In this document: positions 31,684 through 40,124 of the stretch, in pieces | Layout: each line of letters starts with the position of its first letter | Numbering within the stretch: the first letter of the stretch is position 1 | Origin: Candidatus Poribacteria bacterium | GTDB taxonomy: Bacteria; Poribacteria; WGA-4E; WGA-3G | Length of the DNA: 64,000 nucleotides | Assembly: GCA_963663765.2 (NCBI GenBank) | Contig: CAXXUA010000004.1 | Span: 800,001 to 864,000, forward strand | Direction of reading: 5' to 3' | Program-made: the position numbers and the translations under genes | The notes under the pieces: generated by a model | The model's database searches: none | What the model was told of the DNA's origin: nothing | Seen by the model: the letters and a program-made list of their open reading frames with translations, nothing else

Positions 31684-32382
31684 GTAGGAGCGACCTCCTG
31701 GTCGCGACCGTAAGGATACAATGAATCAAAACGGTCGCGACCAGGAGGTCGCTCCTACCAGCGCGGTGTACGGTCGCGACCAAGAGGTCGCTCCTACCAG
31801 CGCGGTGGACGGTCGCGACCAGGAGGTCGCTCCTACCAGCGCGGTGTACGGTCGCGACAAGGAGGTCGCTCCTACCAGCGCGGTGTACGGTCGCGACAAG
31901 GAGGTCGCTCCTACCAGCGCGGTGTACGGTCGCGACCAGGAGGTCGCTCCTACCAGCGCGGTGTACGGTCGCGACAAGGAGGTCGCTCCTACCAGCGCGG
32001 TGTACGGTCGCGACCAAGAGGTCGCTCCTACCAGCGCGGTGTACGGTCGCGACCAGGAGGTCGCTCCTACCAGCGCGGTGTACGGTCGCGACCAAGAGGT
32101 CGCTCCTACCAGCGCGGTGTACGGTCGCGACAAGGAGGTCGCTCCTACCAGCGCGGTGTACGGTCGCGACCAGGAGGTCGCTCCTACCAGCGCGGTGTAC
32201 GGTCGCGACAAGGAGGTCGCTCCTACCAGCGCGGTGTACGGTCACGACCAGGAGGTCGCTCCTACCAGCGCGGTGTACGGTCACGACCAGGAGGTCGCTC
32301 CTACCAGCGCGGTGTACGGTCGCGACCAGGAGGTCGCTCCTACCAGCGCGGTGTACGGTCGCGACCAGGAGGTCGCTCCTAC
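31684..32382. repeat. REP array 2: one inverted GTAGGAGCGACCTCCTGGTCGCGACCG followed by 17 tandem copies at 39-bp period
   Basis: Unit CGGTCGCGACCAGGAGGTCGCTCCTACCAGCGCGGTGTA from 31732; the overlapping repetitive ORFs are by-products. Confidence 0.92.
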
Positions 32383-32397
32383 CGCGGGGTTTCATTT

Positions 32398-33370
32398 GGG
32401 TGTGTAAAGTTTTTGTCACTAAGCGTTATGCGGCTTTTGTGTCTGGATACCAATATCTGTCCCAGGCATTATTCTTCAACAGACATCTCCAACTTAGAAC
32501 AGCATTGATACCCGGTTTCTCCCATCTCATAGAAGCTTGTTTACATCTTTGTCCAACAACATGTTTACAGGCACTCTCAATTACGCCACTACCAATCTGA
32601 TACCCTTTTTCTCTAAATACTTTATAGTGCATACGTTTTGCAAGTTTTTCAAAATATCTTGCTTCTCTTTCTAAACTATCTGAAACTTCCGGGTGCTGTG
32701 TGGCTAAAGCACGGATGCTTGAAACGACTTCTGTGATGTTGCCATCGTAAAGGAGCGGTTCTGTTGCTTTGATCCAGCCTTCTAACGCTTCTGTTTCTGT
32801 CTCACCAAAGGCAACTTTAGCCACATCATAAAGATGTGATTTGGCATGCATGTAATCCACAATCTCTACAGCATTCGGGAAGTATTCATCCGCTAAGTTC
32901 CATATCCACGCCGCTCCATCTCCGATAAACACGACCTCTTGCGTCCCTATATCTTCTTGATAGATGCCGCTCTGCGTTGCTAACTTATACAACTCTTTAC
33001 CGAAATGAGCCGCATTCTCACGCTCCGCAACATAACGAATGCTTGGTGTTCTCGCACTCGGTGTCGCACCAGAACTGTTTGAGGGCTGTGGATTATCTCT
33101 ATAAATACAACCTACTTTGGTTTCTTTCCACCTCTCTTGTAATTCCAATTCAAATAAATCTTGTCACATTAAGGAATTCTACTGTTTACTGGCAGGGGGT
33201 TACTCTCTTCGGTAGGAGCGACCTCCTGGTCGCGACCGGGAGGTCGCTCCTACCAGATTTTCGATGCTAATGAGACATTATCACATGAAAATGGTATAAG
33301 TTCGTGTGTCACCCATCACAACTCATATACCAACACTGATTGTCTTTAAGGTTTGGTGTTCTACTTGTTC
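32398..33370 (-). mobile_element. ISKra4-family IS remnant (transposase pseudogene) with one terminal IR GGGTGTGTAAAGTTTTTG at 32398
   Basis: WKETKVG, IGDGAAWIW, VDYMHA, IGSGVIESACKHVVGQR; N-terminal part YMSCDG*HTN lies across a MITE; 5' portion missing, so the left boundary is approximate. Confidence 0.85.
33143..33296. mobile_element. MITE family 2 inserted in the ISKra4 transposase, TSD TAA
   Basis: TAA on both flanks; its removal restores the frame HTN-L-QERWKE; carries a REP doublet. Confidence 0.88.
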
Positions 33371-33638
33371 ACAGATATTAAAATGTCATGTGACATTTCC
33401 GCTTGTCAACGGAAGCAATACTTCCGACAATCCGAGATTAGTACAATGCATGAACTTCTATCCCGCACCAAACCCAATGAATTAAAAGAAACGCCAGGAA
33501 CGCATTACTAAGGGAATGAACGAAGGGCATTAGGTCGCGGTCCGTATCCCGGTGATCCGAGGGATGGAAAGTAAAAAAGTATGGATCACCGGAAATAACA
33601 CCGTTAGGAAGGAAATTACTGGGACTTGATCTGTGGGA

Positions 33639-34436
33639 CTAATATGACTTTATTATCCCCCATGTCGTTGCTAATTTGTCTTGTGAATCAACACCCAAAG
33701 CAGTTTGTAATCCAGTATTTCGGATAGCATTTATCTGTGTCAGTTCCAAGTCTACATTAAAGATTGCCACCTCATCAAATGTACCAAGCATTAGGGCGTG
33801 GTTTTCTAAACGAGCACCTATATTAACCTCTTGCGTTGCATTATTGGTATTCGTATCAAATTCTGTTCCTTCTTTTTCTTGTAGAACACCATCAACATAT
33901 AGATCATGATCTTTCACAGCACTTGAACCTTTTGGAAAGACGACCGCACAATGATGCCATTCTCCATCACACACGTTATCTGTCCCAAAATTGTTTCCAC
34001 CATTTACTTCTACGCGTAAATTGCATTCGTTCCCTCTTACATGTGCGCGGATGTAGTATTTTTGTGTTGACGAATTTATACCCCATTTCACCCATGAATG
34101 TTCACGAACCGTTGAAGTCTTAAACCAAAATACTGTTGTTCGAGGGTCTGTTCCTCCAATACCAGTATAACCTGTGACAATCAAATTGTCATCGTTACCA
34201 TCATATTCCAATGCTTTTCCAAAAACACCGTTGACATACGTCGCCCCGATAAGTTTACCATCACGTCCATTGCCTGAAATATCTTTGACAACATCATTAT
34301 CATTATCAAATAAATAAGCCACTTCTAAGGTATCTTTATCAATTGCTGCTGCATGGCAGAAACATGCAATAGACATTGAAAAAATAAGCATGCTAATTAT
34401 TATGCATATCAGTCGACTTTCATTGTAGAACTTCAT
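33639..34436 (-). CDS. Secreted LamG/concanavalin-like domain protein
   Basis: Signal peptide, GVFGKALEYDG, DGEWHH, LYVDG, DEVAIFN; C-terminal VDSQDKLATTWGIIK. Confidence 0.88.
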   Translation of the reverse strand: MKFYNESRLICIIISMLIFSMSIACFCHAAAIDKDTLEVAYLFDNDNDVVKDISGNGRDGKLIGATYVNGVFGKALEYDGNDDNLIVTGYTGIGGTDPRTTVFWFKTSTVREHSWVKWGINSSTQKYYIRAHVRGNECNLRVEVNGGNNFGTDNVCDGEWHHCAVVFPKGSSAVKDHDLYVDGVLQEKEGTEFDTNTNNATQEVNIGARLENHALMLGTFDEVAIFNVDLELTQINAIRNTGLQTALGVDSQDKLATTWGIIKSY

Positions 34437-34523
34437 TTCTTATTCTCCCAAAAATTAGTTAATTTTCTCGTAATCAAAAAGTGACGTATTAGTTGTTTTG
34501 TTATTTTTAAAAACCATAGTTGT

Positions 34524-35327
34524 TTAATATAACTTAATTTGTGCCCAACTCGTTGCTAATTTGTCCTGTGGATCTACACCGAGTGCTGTTTGTAATCCAT
34601 TATTGCGTATAGCATTAATATCACCCTGACTCAAGTCAACATTGAAAATTGCAACCTCATCCATCAACCCAAATAAAAATGTGTGACCAGTTATTCTGGA
34701 ACCAATATTCACCTGTATAAAATCGCCGTTGGTATTCATCTCTTTATCATCTCCTTGGGGTGCATTTTGAAGTTTACCGTCGACATAAAGGACGTGGTCT
34801 TTAACTGAATCTGAACCTTTTGGAAAGACAACAGCACAGTGATGCCATTCACCATCACAAACATCATCACTTCCATAACTCTGACCGCCATTTACCTCAA
34901 CTCTTAAGAAACATTGATTTCCAGAGGTATGCGCTCTTATGTAGTATTTTTGACCTCCAGCATTCTGTCCCCATTTAACCCATGAGTGATCTCTTGCAGC
35001 ATTTGCTTTAAACCAAAATACTGTTGTTCTCGGTTCTGTACCACCAACACCCTTATAGTCACCAGTAATTAATTGATCATCTACACCATCAAATTCCAGT
35101 GCCATACCAAAAACACCCTTGACATAAGTTGCACCCGTGATTGTACCATCGTGATTGTTTTTTGTTAAATCCTTTGCAGTATTGCCATTCCCTTCATCAA
35201 ATAGATATGCAAACTCAATCGTGTCAATATCAATACGGGCAGCATGGCTGTAACCAATGACTAATAATGTTAACATTAACATACTAAGAGAAAGTATATA
35301 GTATACACGTTGTTTCCAAGTTATCAT
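34524..35327 (-). CDS. Secreted LamG/concanavalin-like domain protein
   Basis: Paralog of its neighbours; C-terminal VDPQDKLATSWAQIK; GGAGGA RBS. Confidence 0.88.
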   Translation of the reverse strand: MITWKQRVYYILSLSMLMLTLLVIGYSHAARIDIDTIEFAYLFDEGNGNTAKDLTKNNHDGTITGATYVKGVFGMALEFDGVDDQLITGDYKGVGGTEPRTTVFWFKANAARDHSWVKWGQNAGGQKYYIRAHTSGNQCFLRVEVNGGQSYGSDDVCDGEWHHCAVVFPKGSDSVKDHVLYVDGKLQNAPQGDDKEMNTNGDFIQVNIGSRITGHTFLFGLMDEVAIFNVDLSQGDINAIRNNGLQTALGVDPQDKLATSWAQIKLY

Positions 35328-35733
35328 AATTTCCTCCAACGAAAACAATTGAGCATAACACTCAACTTTATTTTTTATTCAAAACTGAAGTTTTTACTTG
35401 TCATTTGTGAAATTTATATTGAAGTATAAAGGTGAATATATTGACATATACAGGAAGATATTTTCTATGAGTTACTGATCGCATCCAACTGTTTTTTGTA
35501 ATTTCAATATAGCAGGAATTATAACAAACCAACATTTAAAAAGCAATTAAAATAAATAATATTTCAGTGTTATTTAGTTTTGGGAATTTTTGTCGTTTTT
35601 TCTCAAAAATGTTAATGTTTATGTAGTGTTGTAAGTTCAAATTAACAGTATGAATCATGGCGAATGCCATACGCGCATTCGCCCAATAGCATTCCCCGGA
35701 GACCCCGCCATACAATGTGTGAAGGGATTTGAC

Positions 35734-36235
35734 CTTAAATTGACACCTATAGGTTTCGTTAACGCTCTACCTATAGGTGTCAACTTAAGAAAAAAGTGTT
35801 GGCATATTCTCTTGTGGGAGGGGTTTTCAACCCCGATTTAAGCGGAAATGCACTAAAAAATCGGGGTTGAAAACCCCTCCCACAAGAAGTTAAAAACCTT
35901 AAGTTGACACCTATAGGTTTCGTTAACGCTCTACCTAATGAAGTTTGACAATCAAAATCGGTAGTTGAATTCGTAGGGGTTGGGTTCCCTAACCCGTTTG
36001 GTTTTTGAGTTTGCGTAGATCATGTGTGGCAACCACGCCCCTACGAATACACAACTTGAACGTCAAAACTCATTAGGTGTCAACTTAAGAAAATATTGTT
36101 GGTATATTCTCTTGTGGGAGGGGTTTTCAACCCCGATTTGAGCGGAAATGCATTAAAAAATCGGGGTTGAAAACCCCTCCCACAAGAAGTTAAAAACCTT
36201 AAGTTGACACCTATAGGTTTCGTTAACGCTCTACC
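35734..36235. repeat. Composite MITE cluster: two TAGGTGTCAACTTAAG-ended elements (35774-35913, 36074-36213) and a CTAATGA-ended element (35935-36076), each with a REP doublet
   Basis: 16-bp TIRs; internal GTGGGAGGGGTTTTCAACCCCGA inverted pairs; TAGGTTTCGTTAACGCTCTACC follows three right ends. Confidence 0.8.
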
Positions 36236-36529
36236 CGACCTACAATTAAAGCTTTTAGTAACGTCCATCAATGGGTAATTCAAAAAACAAAATAATCCAG
36301 ATAATGTTTTAGAAATGGGGCTACAGCAATATCGGAGTGGCTAATAAAAAAAATGTATGATATGGAATCTTATTCTCTTTTCAAATTATACCATATTAAC
36401 GTGTTTTGTATTGTTTTTAGTGCCGAAAACAAGGGTGGGTACAGAGACCTGCCCTACGATTTAGATTAATTTGGTTTAAGTTCTTAGCAGTAAAGTTGGA
36501 TTGACAGATTGGAACTATCAACTATCAAC

Positions 36530-36566
36530 AAAAAAGTAGTGTGAAGTATAATTACCTCACACTACT
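36530..36566 (-). terminator. Rho-independent terminator after the LamG gene
   Basis: AGTAGTGTGA/TCACACTACT stem followed by a T-run on the minus strand. Confidence 0.65.
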
Positions 36567-36633
36567 ATAAAATTGTCTTATATAAGACCAACACATCAAA
36601 ATGTATTAAAAAAACAGTTGTGTATACTTTACA

Positions 36634-37434
36634 CTAATATTTCTTTATTCTTGCCCAACTTGTGGCTAATTTGCCTTGTGGATCAACACTCACGGTTGCA
36701 TGCAAACCATCATCCATGATAGCATTGACTTGTTCTTCATCAATTGCTACACTGAAGATAGCAAGTTCATCCATTAGTCCATAGAGAAAGTGATGTCCTG
36801 TCAGACGTCCACCGACATTAATGTCTTGTGTTGCGCCATCTGTGTTCATCGCTCTATCATTACCAATTTTTTCTTGAAGTATGCCATCAACATAAAGGTG
36901 TAAATCTTGGACAGAATCAGCATCGTCGGGAAAGACAAGTACACAATGATGCCATTCACCATCACACACATCAGTATTTCCATAATTTTGTCCGCCATTT
37001 ACCTCAATTCTCAAGAAGCACTGTTCTCCTGATGGATGTGCTCGGATATAGTGTTTTTCTCCGGCAACATTCCTACCCCATTTCACCCATGAATGCTGTC
37101 GTGTTTCATTGGACTTAAACCAGAAGAGAATTGAACGGGGGTCTACACCACCAATTCCAGTATAACCAGTTACTATCAGGTTGTCGTCTACTCCATCGTA
37201 TTGTAAAGCAGTACCAAACACACCTTCAGTGTACTGTGCACCGATTATAGTTCCATCACGACCATTAGGTGAGGAATCTACAGCAACTTCACCTTCCCCT
37301 TCATCAAAAAGATAGAGAACCTCAATATTGTCTTCATCAATTATGCCAGCATGAACATAACTACTAATTGACAAAACAAAAATAATAATACTTAACCAAA
37401 CAATACTTGAACCTCTTAGATATTGAAATTTCAT
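36634..37434 (-). CDS. Secreted LamG/concanavalin-like domain protein
   Basis: Third paralog; C-terminal VDPQGKLATSWARIKK. Confidence 0.88.
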   Translation of the reverse strand: MKFQYLRGSSIVWLSIIIFVLSISSYVHAGIIDEDNIEVLYLFDEGEGEVAVDSSPNGRDGTIIGAQYTEGVFGTALQYDGVDDNLIVTGYTGIGGVDPRSILFWFKSNETRQHSWVKWGRNVAGEKHYIRAHPSGEQCFLRIEVNGGQNYGNTDVCDGEWHHCVLVFPDDADSVQDLHLYVDGILQEKIGNDRAMNTDGATQDINVGGRLTGHHFLYGLMDELAIFSVAIDEEQVNAIMDDGLHATVSVDPQGKLATSWARIKKY

Positions 37435-37613
37435 TTTCGCTCCTCCAAGAACAAAATATGATTTATTGTTATTTAATACAAGATTTTACAATTTATAGTT
37501 GTGTAACTTCCTTAGATAAATCCTTTGGGTTAACTGCAAACAATTTATCAAAAACGTCAAAAATATGCAACAATAATTATCTGGTTAAAAGGAGTCTTTA
37601 CTTTAAAATAACT

Positions 37614-37661
37614 CAACATTAGGCGTATAGTGATAAATATACCATTATACACCTAACGTTG
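37614..37661 (-). terminator. Long hairpin downstream of the DUF1549/1553 gene
   Basis: About 19-bp imperfect stem with G-U pairs on the minus strand. Confidence 0.5.
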
Positions 37662-37687
37662 AAATAGACTTTATAGGTACAGGACTT

Positions 37688-39967
37688 TTACCGATTAAAC
37701 AGGAATGACCTTGATGAAATGAGAGCCCACATGAGGTCTTCTACATCTACTTGTCTTGGTACCTGTTCTTTTTCCTCAGGTTTATCTGTAAGATAGTTTG
37801 TACCTGTTTCAAGTTCCGTTTCAGTTGGATAACGACTCAAGGTCATGAGATACAAATGATTGACCAATTCCGCGGGTTTCATTTTCTCACCTGTTTCTGG
37901 TCGTAGTAATTTCCTAATTGTTCCATTACCCTGTCTCAACTTATTGTTGATATAAGGAGAATTTATGATGTGAAGAGCCTGAATCAATGTTGGTTCAAGT
38001 AAGGGATCTAAATTACCCAAGAACTCTCTATTGGAACGTCCGAAAAGACTTAGGAATCGGGAACTTACAGGTAGCGGCACCTCAACTGCCCGTGTACCTT
38101 CTGGATAACGTCCATATTTCTCGGATGTACCAGTAACATCGTTTAGTACATCAAGTAAGACTTGAGCCATTAGTGGACGCGGCATAAAACGTGAGAAGAA
38201 CCTATCATCTAATTCATTCGTGTCGTTCGGTACAGCAGAGAGTTGGTAAGTCCGCGAATTGAGAATAAGTTTGATGATATGTTTGGTATCATAGTCAGAG
38301 CGAATAAATTCTTCTGCTAATGCTTCCAACAATCCTTCAACGCTTGGAGGTGAAGTTGCCCGCATATCGTCAACGGGGTCAACAATTCCCCTTCCGAAAT
38401 AGTAACTCCATATTCGGTTGACTGTTGCTTTAGCAAAATATGGGTTTGTATCAGAAGTCATCCAGTCAGCAAGGTGTTTTATAGCCTTTTCTTGATATGC
38501 TTCTGGAAGTGTTTCCCCGCCAAGGAATGTGGGTTGCGCAACTTGACCACGGTTTCCTTGAACAGATTGGTTAATAACACGACCACCAGGATTATGATAT
38601 ACAACTAATTCTTGGTAGAGGTTACCATTGCGTGTGGTGACCTTACCTGTGAAAGCGGCGAAGTTCCAGTAATCATCAGTTGTCCATTGGTCAAACGGAT
38701 GTTTATGACAACGAGCACAACTAAGTCGTATTCCGAGGAACACCTGTGCTGTTGTTTCCGCTCTACCTGCTGGTTGACGTTCAATCCGATAATAGTTTGT
38801 TGGACCATTCTGATATGTACTACCTGTTGCAGTCAAAATTTCTTCAACAAACTCACTGTACGGTCTGTTTTCAGCGACAGATTCCCTGATATACTCATGG
38901 AATAGCACAGCTCCTCGTTCACCAAATTCACCATTACCCAACCTTCGTGGATGCACACGCAACATGTCCGCTAACTTTAATGTTCGCAGATCAATCCACT
39001 CAGGGGTATCCATTAGTGTATCAATGAGACGTGAACGTTTGTCCGTGTTGGAATCAGCGAGGAATTCTTTTACTTCATCGGGTGTAGGTAAATAACCAAC
39101 CGTATCCAAATAAATCCTACGGAAGAATTCCGTATCAGTTGTGAGTGCAGAGGGGCGCACATTCAATTTTTTCAGTTTTGCTACAACGAATTCATCAATG
39201 AAATTGTTTGTTACAACATCTGGATATGATACCCCATCTGCTGCTCTTGGAACGGTAATAAAGGAGGAAGTAACAACTCCTAAAAATCTGGCGATGATTG
39301 CTGTTCCACCCCATCGAACACTTGTTACTAATCCTTCTGGAGAAGCCTCAGCGATCGGTTCATCTTTGGATTCGTATACAGCTTGATGGGTAACATCTCT
39401 TGAAGTGCCATCTGTGAACGTTGCTATAACCTTCAACTGATTTGTTTCACCATTACCTGTGAAGGTAACACTTTTTGGTTCAATTTCAAGTTTTTGTAGA
39501 CGCGGTTCGTCTGGAGAAAATGGTGCACCAGCCGCAATCCACCGTAAAATCGTTTCTGCTTCCGCGGAATCCATCTCAAATCTTGTTCCACCAGTATGAG
39601 GAATTTGACCTGTGGGTTTGAGAAAAAGCAGACTCTGTTCCGGTTCAAGCAGATTGATTCGCCTGCCACGGTTGTGATGTACAATCGGTTCATAATCTGC
39701 CTCTGGATTGAGTGTCAACAATGAAAGGTTTAAGCCGCCTCTACCCCCGAATTTTCCGTGACATTCCCCTGTTGAGCAACCACTCTTGTCAAGAATAGGT
39801 GCGATATCTTTTAGAAAAAGAGGTGTGCTTTCTTTTGAATCTTTGCTAACTGAATCATTACTGTCAGTATTACCCAAACATGTATTGGGTAATAGCATGA
39901 ATGTATATGCTGCAATAGCACATACCATGAGTATAGGAACTATAATGTTCCTTCTGACGATGTTCAT
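37688..39967 (-). CDS. DUF1549/DUF1553 (PSCyt-type) protein with Ig-like domain and CxxCH-like motifs
   Basis: CSTGECHG, CARCHKHPFD, FFRRIYLD, NRIWSYYFGRGIVDPVDD. Confidence 0.88.
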   Translation of the reverse strand: MNIVRRNIIVPILMVCAIAAYTFMLLPNTCLGNTDSNDSVSKDSKESTPLFLKDIAPILDKSGCSTGECHGKFGGRGGLNLSLLTLNPEADYEPIVHHNRGRRINLLEPEQSLLFLKPTGQIPHTGGTRFEMDSAEAETILRWIAAGAPFSPDEPRLQKLEIEPKSVTFTGNGETNQLKVIATFTDGTSRDVTHQAVYESKDEPIAEASPEGLVTSVRWGGTAIIARFLGVVTSSFITVPRAADGVSYPDVVTNNFIDEFVVAKLKKLNVRPSALTTDTEFFRRIYLDTVGYLPTPDEVKEFLADSNTDKRSRLIDTLMDTPEWIDLRTLKLADMLRVHPRRLGNGEFGERGAVLFHEYIRESVAENRPYSEFVEEILTATGSTYQNGPTNYYRIERQPAGRAETTAQVFLGIRLSCARCHKHPFDQWTTDDYWNFAAFTGKVTTRNGNLYQELVVYHNPGGRVINQSVQGNRGQVAQPTFLGGETLPEAYQEKAIKHLADWMTSDTNPYFAKATVNRIWSYYFGRGIVDPVDDMRATSPPSVEGLLEALAEEFIRSDYDTKHIIKLILNSRTYQLSAVPNDTNELDDRFFSRFMPRPLMAQVLLDVLNDVTGTSEKYGRYPEGTRAVEVPLPVSSRFLSLFGRSNREFLGNLDPLLEPTLIQALHIINSPYINNKLRQGNGTIRKLLRPETGEKMKPAELVNHLYLMTLSRYPTETELETGTNYLTDKPEEKEQVPRQVDVEDLMWALISSRSFLFNR

Positions 39968-40124
39968 GTGTTTCTCCTTTCTTACAAGTGTTCAATGACG
40001 TTCATACTGTCAAAAAACTTGTAAGGAATTACCTCTGTTACTTAATTCTATAATTTAAACAATAGTCAAACTTACTTTTTTATTTTTCAATACCATTTGT
40101 TAGGTTAGTTGGATTTTCAACAAG

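Noticed and set aside
31673-32419. Repeat proteins (248, 228 and 161 aa ORFs) or a CRISPR array
   Set aside because: The 39-bp unit is a multiple of 3 and open in several frames on both strands; the linkers are essentially identical; the unit is the REP also seen at 11947 and 33212.
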